Origin: an uncultured Flavobacterium sp.
Lineage (GTDB): Bacteria > Bacteroidota > Bacteroidia > Flavobacteriales > Flavobacteriaceae
DNA: 52,789 nt
Direction of reading: 5' to 3'
NCBI GenBank assembly: GCA_964537345.1
Contig: CAZIBV010000007.1
Coordinates: 1 to 52,789, forward strand
The notes under the pieces are model-generated. The model did not search any database. It saw only the letters and a list, made by a program, of their open reading frames with translations, and was not told the origin of the DNA. Within the stretch, counting starts at the first letter, position 1; every line of letters starts with the position of its first letter. The translations under genes and the position numbers were made by a program. Below, piece by piece: positions 48,008 through 52,789 of the stretch.

Positions 48008-48375
48008 TGGAAAACCAGGAACAACATCCCGAACCTCAGGAAAAGCAGCGTCCGCGCTGGCTTAGGCTTCTGAGCAACAAATATGTTTGGGTGCTGTTGT
48101 TTTTTGCGGTGTGGATGCTGTTTTTGGACAATTATTCGTACTTGGACCACCGCGAACTGGACCGCCAGATTGACGAGCTGGAAGACAACAAACAATACTA
48201 CAAGGACGAGATCAAAAAGGACAGCCAAAGCATCCGTTTGCTCAAAAATCCCGACCACGTGGAGCGCTATGCCCGTGAAAAATACTACATGAAAAAAGAC
48301 AGCGAGGACATCTACATCATTGAATACGAGGGCGAGCCAAAGCCAGATGCCAACAAGATGATTCCAAAGCAGTAA
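48007..48375 (+). CDS. FtsB/DivIC septum formation initiator family protein
   Basis: Single TM segment, coiled coil, ERYAREKYYMKK. Confidence 0.9.
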   Translation: MENQEQHPEPQEKQRPRWLRLLSNKYVWVLLFFAVWMLFLDNYSYLDHRELDRQIDELEDNKQYYKDEIKKDSQSIRLLKNPDHVERYAREKYYMKKDSEDIYIIEYEGEPKPDANKMIPKQ

Positions 48376-48420
48376 CCTGAACCTGCTAATTACTTATATT
48401 TGCGGCATAACCCTGATGCC

Positions 48421-49770
48421 GTGTCACATCCAAAACGTTCACTTTTTCAAGAGTTTTTGCCTGTTTCATCCAAGCAATGGAAACAGCAGATCCAGGTTGA
48501 ACTCAAAGGCGCCGACTACAACGAAACCGTAGTCTGGCAAAGCCCTGAAGATATTAAAGTCAAACCGTTTTACCACATTGACGAATTTGAAGGTGTAGCC
48601 ACCCGGCGCAGCGGTACGCCCTTTAAGGTGTGCCAGGACATTTTTGTAAAAGATGTCGACAAATCCGTAAGGCGGGCCAATGACTCCATCAGGCGCGGTG
48701 CACAGGCCATCCGGTTTACGTTGGCCGACAACACCCTTGACGTTGCGGCCCTGATTCACGGAATCGAACCGGTGCGGTTGATTATCGTATTGCCGTTTCA
48801 GAACGAGGCGGTGATGAAAAAAATCGACATCGTATCGGCGGGCAAGGAGGTTTTTGTCATGTGCGATCCGATTCACCAATTGGCAAGCGACGGGAACTGG
48901 TTTGCCGGAAACGCTGACAATTTTGAGGTGATGGCTCGCGGATCGTTCCACAACATCCACCAGGTATCGGTTGATGTTACATTGTATCAGAACGCCGGCG
49001 CCGACCTTGTCCAACAAATTGCCTATGCGCTGGGCCACGCCAACGAATATTTTGCGCGCATGACGGTAAAAGGTCCTGTGCTTTTTGCAGTGGCGATGGG
49101 ATCGAACTACTTTTTTGAAATTGCAAAACTGCGGGCGCTCCGGGAATTGTTTCACCTGATGGCGGCCGAATACGGACACACAGAAGGATGCCATATCCTG
49201 GCAATGCCATCGCGCCGAAACAAGACGATTTACGATTACAACGTCAACATGCTGCGCACCACTACTGAGTGTATGAGCGCTATTTTAGGCGGTGCCGATA
49301 CGGTGATGAACCTTCCGTACGATGCGCTTTACCACAAAAGCAACGAGTTTGGCGAGCGGATTTCCCGCAACCAACTTTTGGTGCTCAAACACGAAAGTTA
49401 CTTTGACCAGGTATCCAATCCGGCTGAAGGAAGCTACTACATTGAAGCCCTCACGTCGCAACTGGCTCAAAAAGCGCTGACACTACTAAAAAACATCGAG
49501 GCCAACGGCGGATTTTTGCACCAGTTGAAGGAAGGTACCATTCAGCGCAAGATTGCTGAAAAAGCCAAAGCTGAACAGGATGCCTTTGACTCGGGCGAAC
49601 AGGTTTTGGTGGGTACCAACAAATATCCAAACAAAAATGACCGCATGCGCGATGACCTGGAGCTTTATCCATTTGTCAAGCAACAGCCGCGCAAAACGCT
49701 CATCACCCCAATTATCCCACGGCGTCTGGCCGAAAAATTGGAACAAGAAAGATTGAATCTCGAATCATGA
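48421..49770 (+). CDS. Methylmalonyl-CoA mutase small (beta) subunit
   Basis: FFEIAKLRALR, NMLRTTTE, RNQLLVLKHES and VGTNKY motifs; no B12-binding DxHxxG; start uncertain. Confidence 0.9.
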   Translation: MSHPKRSLFQEFLPVSSKQWKQQIQVELKGADYNETVVWQSPEDIKVKPFYHIDEFEGVATRRSGTPFKVCQDIFVKDVDKSVRRANDSIRRGAQAIRFTLADNTLDVAALIHGIEPVRLIIVLPFQNEAVMKKIDIVSAGKEVFVMCDPIHQLASDGNWFAGNADNFEVMARGSFHNIHQVSVDVTLYQNAGADLVQQIAYALGHANEYFARMTVKGPVLFAVAMGSNYFFEIAKLRALRELFHLMAAEYGHTEGCHILAMPSRRNKTIYDYNVNMLRTTTECMSAILGGADTVMNLPYDALYHKSNEFGERISRNQLLVLKHESYFDQVSNPAEGSYYIEALTSQLAQKALTLLKNIEANGGFLHQLKEGTIQRKIAEKAKAEQDAFDSGEQVLVGTNKYPNKNDRMRDDLELYPFVKQQPRKTLITPIIPRRLAEKLEQERLNLES

Positions 49771-50210
49771 AAAAACTGCTGATTGCATTATTATTCTCGG
49801 CAACGGCCGGATTTGCTCAGGTATCTGAGGTGGTTCCCGCTGCTGAGCCGGCATTCGACTCGGTCGAATCGATGGCAGCCGTTGAAACCCGTCCGGAATA
49901 TCCCGGAGGCATCGACAAGTTCTACAAGTTTATTGCGTCAAACGTGATATCGTCTGAAAATCCGGAGTTTGCCGGAGGAAAAGTTTTTGCCACTTTTATT
50001 ATTGAAAAAGACGGTACGCTGACCGGCGTTAAGATACTGCGTGACAATGCCGGATTTGGCATGGCCGACGAAGTCATCCGCGTCCTTAAAATGTCCCCAA
50101 AATGGACTCCCGGCATTCAAAACGGAAAACCGGTTCGCGTTCAATATGCCATACCGGTGAGTTTTCCCGATATGCGACCCACTGAAAATCCTAAAAAATC
50201 CAAGGGCTGA
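49767..50210 (+). CDS. Secreted protein with TonB C-terminal domain
   Basis: Signal peptide; PEYPGG, FIIEKDG and [13 protein letters not shown] motifs. Confidence 0.88.
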   Translation: MKKLLIALLFSATAGFAQVSEVVPAAEPAFDSVESMAAVETRPEYPGGIDKFYKFIASNVISSENPEFAGGKVFATFIIEKDGTLTGVKILRDNAGFGMADEVIRVLKMSPKWTPGIQNGKPVRVQYAIPVSFPDMRPTENPKKSKG

Positions 50211-52327
50211 TGAGAAAAACACTTCAGAATATCAACCTTGTAAAAGATATGCCGGGAACGCCTGCCGACGCTGAACAGTTTGTCACAGCCGAAGGTATTC
50301 CGGTAAAATCGACATATTCACCCAATGACATTGAAGGACTGACCCACCTGGAATTCGGGGCGGGATTTGCGCCAAACCTTCGCGGGCCGTACGCTACGAT
50401 GTATGTCCGCAGGCCGTGGACCATCAGGCAGTACGCGGGATTTTCGACCGCCGAGGAAAGTAACGCGTTTTACCGACGCAACCTGGCCGCCGGTCAAAAG
50501 GGTCTTTCAATCGCGTTTGACCTCCCGACGCACCGCGGCTACGATTCCGATCACGAACGCGTGGTGGGCGACGTCGGAAAGGCCGGCGTTGCGATTGACT
50601 CGGTCGAGGATATGAAGGTTTTGTTCGATCAGATTCCGCTGGATCAGATGTCGGTATCCATGACCATGAACGGCGCCGTGCTGCCCATCATGGCATTTTA
50701 TATCGTCGCGGCCGAGGAACAGGGCGTGGCTCCTGCGCAACTTTCCGGAACAATTCAGAACGACATCCTCAAGGAATTCATGGTGCGCAACACCTACATT
50801 TATCCGCCTGAACCTTCAATGAAAATCATTGCGGATATTTTTGAGTACACCAGCCGCAACATGCCCAAGTTCAACTCCATTTCCATATCGGGCTACCATA
50901 TGCAGGAAGCCGGAGCAACGGCCGATATCGAGTTGGCTTACACCCTGGCCGATGGTTTGGAATACATCCGCACCGGACTGGCCGCGGGAATGAAAATTGA
51001 CGATTTTGCGCCAAGGCTTTCGTTTTTCTGGGCGATTGGAATGAACCACTTTATGGAAATCGCCAAGATGCGGGCCGCGCGGATGATCTGGGCCAAGCTC
51101 GTCAAACAATTTGATCCAAAAGACGATAAATCACTGGCACTCCGGACGCATTGTCAGACATCTGGCTGGAGCCTTACCGAGCAGGATCCGTTTAACAACG
51201 TGGCGCGCACTTGTATCGAGGCGGCCGCTGCGGCTTTTGGCGGAACCCAATCCTTGCACACTAATGCGCTGGACGAAGCGATTGCGTTACCGACTGATTT
51301 TTCAGCCAGGATTGCGAGGAATACACAAATCTATCTTCAGGAAGAAACCAAAATCACCAAAACCGTCGACCCATGGGCCGGAAGCTATTATGTGGAAAGC
51401 CTGACCAACGAACTGGCGGAAAAGGCCTGGGCGCTGATTCAGGAAGTCGAGGAATTGGGCGGCATGACCAAAGCCATTGAGGCCGGCATTCCAAAACTAA
51501 GGATCGAGGAAGCCGCGGCGCGCAAACAGGCAAGGATTGACAGCGGGCAAGACGTCATTGTTGGGGTAAACCGATACCGTCTGGAGCGCGAAGATCCTTT
51601 GCACATTCTGGACGTTGACAACCAAATGGTGAGAAAGCAGCAAATCAAAAGGCTGGAGAAACTTAAGGAGAGCCGCAACGAAGACCGCGTAAACCAATGC
51701 CTTCACGCCTTGCATCAGGCGGCGAGCACGGGCAAAGGAAACCTGCTGGAACTTGCGGTTGACGCTGCCAGAGAGCGGGCTACCCTTGGCGAAATCAGCT
51801 ATGCGCTCGAGATGGTTTACGGACGTTTTAAAGCACAAATCAAATCATTCAGTGGTGTGTACAGCAAAGAAATCAAACAGGACGAAAGCTTTTTGAAAGC
51901 CCGCGAGATGGCCGACGCCTTTGCCGCAAGGGAAGGTCGCCGACCGCGAATCATGATCGCCAAAATGGGCCAGGACGGACACGACCGCGGTGCCAAGGTA
52001 GTGGCTACAGGGTACGCCGATGTTGGGTTTGACGTCGACATCGGACCGCTGTTCCAAACTCCTGCCGAAGCAGCCAAGCAGGCCGTGGAAAACGATGTAC
52101 ACATTTTGGGCGTTTCCTCATTGGCGGCAGGTCACAAGACGCTTGTTCCCCAGGTAATTGAACACTTAAAAGAATACGGACGCGAAGATATCCTCGTGGT
52201 CGTGGGCGGTGTAATCCCTCCGCAGGACTACGAATTCCTGTTTGATTCAGGCGCCGTCGCCGTATTTGGACCTGGAACAAAAATCAGCGAAGCAGCGATC
52301 AAAATTCTGGAAATTCTTGAATCCTGA
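50210..52327 (+). CDS. scpA: Methylmalonyl-CoA mutase (catalytic subunit)
   Basis: [29 protein letters not shown] and GQDGHDRG motifs. Confidence 0.98.
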   Translation: MRKTLQNINLVKDMPGTPADAEQFVTAEGIPVKSTYSPNDIEGLTHLEFGAGFAPNLRGPYATMYVRRPWTIRQYAGFSTAEESNAFYRRNLAAGQKGLSIAFDLPTHRGYDSDHERVVGDVGKAGVAIDSVEDMKVLFDQIPLDQMSVSMTMNGAVLPIMAFYIVAAEEQGVAPAQLSGTIQNDILKEFMVRNTYIYPPEPSMKIIADIFEYTSRNMPKFNSISISGYHMQEAGATADIELAYTLADGLEYIRTGLAAGMKIDDFAPRLSFFWAIGMNHFMEIAKMRAARMIWAKLVKQFDPKDDKSLALRTHCQTSGWSLTEQDPFNNVARTCIEAAAAAFGGTQSLHTNALDEAIALPTDFSARIARNTQIYLQEETKITKTVDPWAGSYYVESLTNELAEKAWALIQEVEELGGMTKAIEAGIPKLRIEEAAARKQARIDSGQDVIVGVNRYRLEREDPLHILDVDNQMVRKQQIKRLEKLKESRNEDRVNQCLHALHQAASTGKGNLLELAVDAARERATLGEISYALEMVYGRFKAQIKSFSGVYSKEIKQDESFLKAREMADAFAAREGRRPRIMIAKMGQDGHDRGAKVVATGYADVGFDVDIGPLFQTPAEAAKQAVENDVHILGVSSLAAGHKTLVPQVIEHLKEYGREDILVVVGGVIPPQDYEFLFDSGAVAVFGPGTKISEAAIKILEILES

Positions 52328-52358
52328 TTTGCCGCAGATAATTTAAACCCTATATTTG
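52328..52358 (+). promoter_or_regulatory. Bacteroidota housekeeping promoter of tRNA-Pro(GGG)
   Basis: TTTG-N19-TATATTTG. Confidence 0.8.
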
Positions 52359-52375
52359 CACGGCTTTTTTTAGCA

Positions 52376-52449
52376 CGGGATGTAGCGCAGCCTGGTAGCG
52401 TACTAGCATGGGGTGCTAGGGGTCGCTGGTTCGAATCCAGTCATCCCGA
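52376..52449 (+). tRNA. tRNA-Pro(GGG)
   Basis: Acceptor CGGGATG/CATCCCG, anticodon arm CTAGC-ATGGGGT-GCTAG, GGTTCGAATCC. Confidence 0.96.
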
Positions 52450-52450
52450 C

Positions 52451-52753
52451 CGTAATCCTTTCCGCCGCGAAGCGGAAAGGATTTTTTTATGGCCAAACGC
52501 CAAGCTTGCTTGAGCGTTTGGCCATAGAAAAATCCGCCGAAAACGCACCGCGTTTTCCGGAAAGGATTACGAGACATCCCCCCACTCTGGATCACGCGCC
52601 CCGCGCGTAATCCAGTTTCCTCAACCTTTCGAAATCCCCACCTACGCACAGCGAGCCGAGAAAGCGAGCGCAGCGAGCCGAGAAAGCGAGCGCAGCGAGC
52701 CACCCCTCGAGCACAGCGAGCACAGCGAGCCAAAACAGCGAGCACCGCGAGCC
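52451..52753. repeat. tRNA-trailing multi-hairpin element, copy B
   Basis: Same architecture as 46922-47132 with compensatory stem changes; longer GCGAGC tail. Confidence 0.85.
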
Positions 52754-52789
52754 ATACCCCATTTTTCCCTACCTTTAACCCATGACTTC

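Noticed and set aside
48376-48420. Cobalamin riboswitch upstream of the mutase genes
   Set aside because: The gap is under 50 nt, holds only a TATATTTG promoter and has no B12-box.
46848-52449. Genomic island bounded by two tRNA-Pro att sites
   Set aside because: Both are complete, different isoacceptors with their own promoters, the enclosed genes are housekeeping, and there is no integrase or duplicated tRNA 3' end.
52413-52745. ORFs 52413-52610 and 52416-52745
   Set aside because: They overlap tRNA-Pro(GGG) and the GCGAGC repeats, giving ARCARC low-complexity translations.

Overview
This is a 52.8-kb core-chromosome window from a Bacteroidota (Flavobacterium-like) genome, judged from TAnnTTTG promoters, gene content and gene order. 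It holds about 45 mostly housekeeping or envelope genes, including cinA, a 2-oxoacid dehydrogenase E2, secA, meaB, ppk2, an ECF sigma/anti-sigma/vWA trio, dnaJ-grpE, a padR-pspC-GIN cluster, trxB, udk and methylmalonyl-CoA mutase, plus two tRNA-Pro genes. I found no transposase, integrase, cas gene or prophage. The unexplained signal is non-coding. (1) Both tRNA-Pro genes are followed by a homologous ~200-300 nt multi-hairpin element whose copies differ in sequence but keep the pairing through compensatory changes, followed by a GCGAGC repeat tail. (2) A modular heptamer-plus-palindrome repeat family occurs as a 3 x 214-bp array and as an inverted, reshuffled copy, each abutting a stop codon. 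(3) Two copies of a Flavo-1-like structured repeat are present. (4) hsp20 and grpE share a sigma54-like promoter plus an upstream palindrome. (5) There are candidate sRNAs and a 44-aa signal-peptide-like ORF overlapping padR. All product calls come from motif recognition, not database searches. Several start codons are shifted from the ORF track to the likelier ATG.
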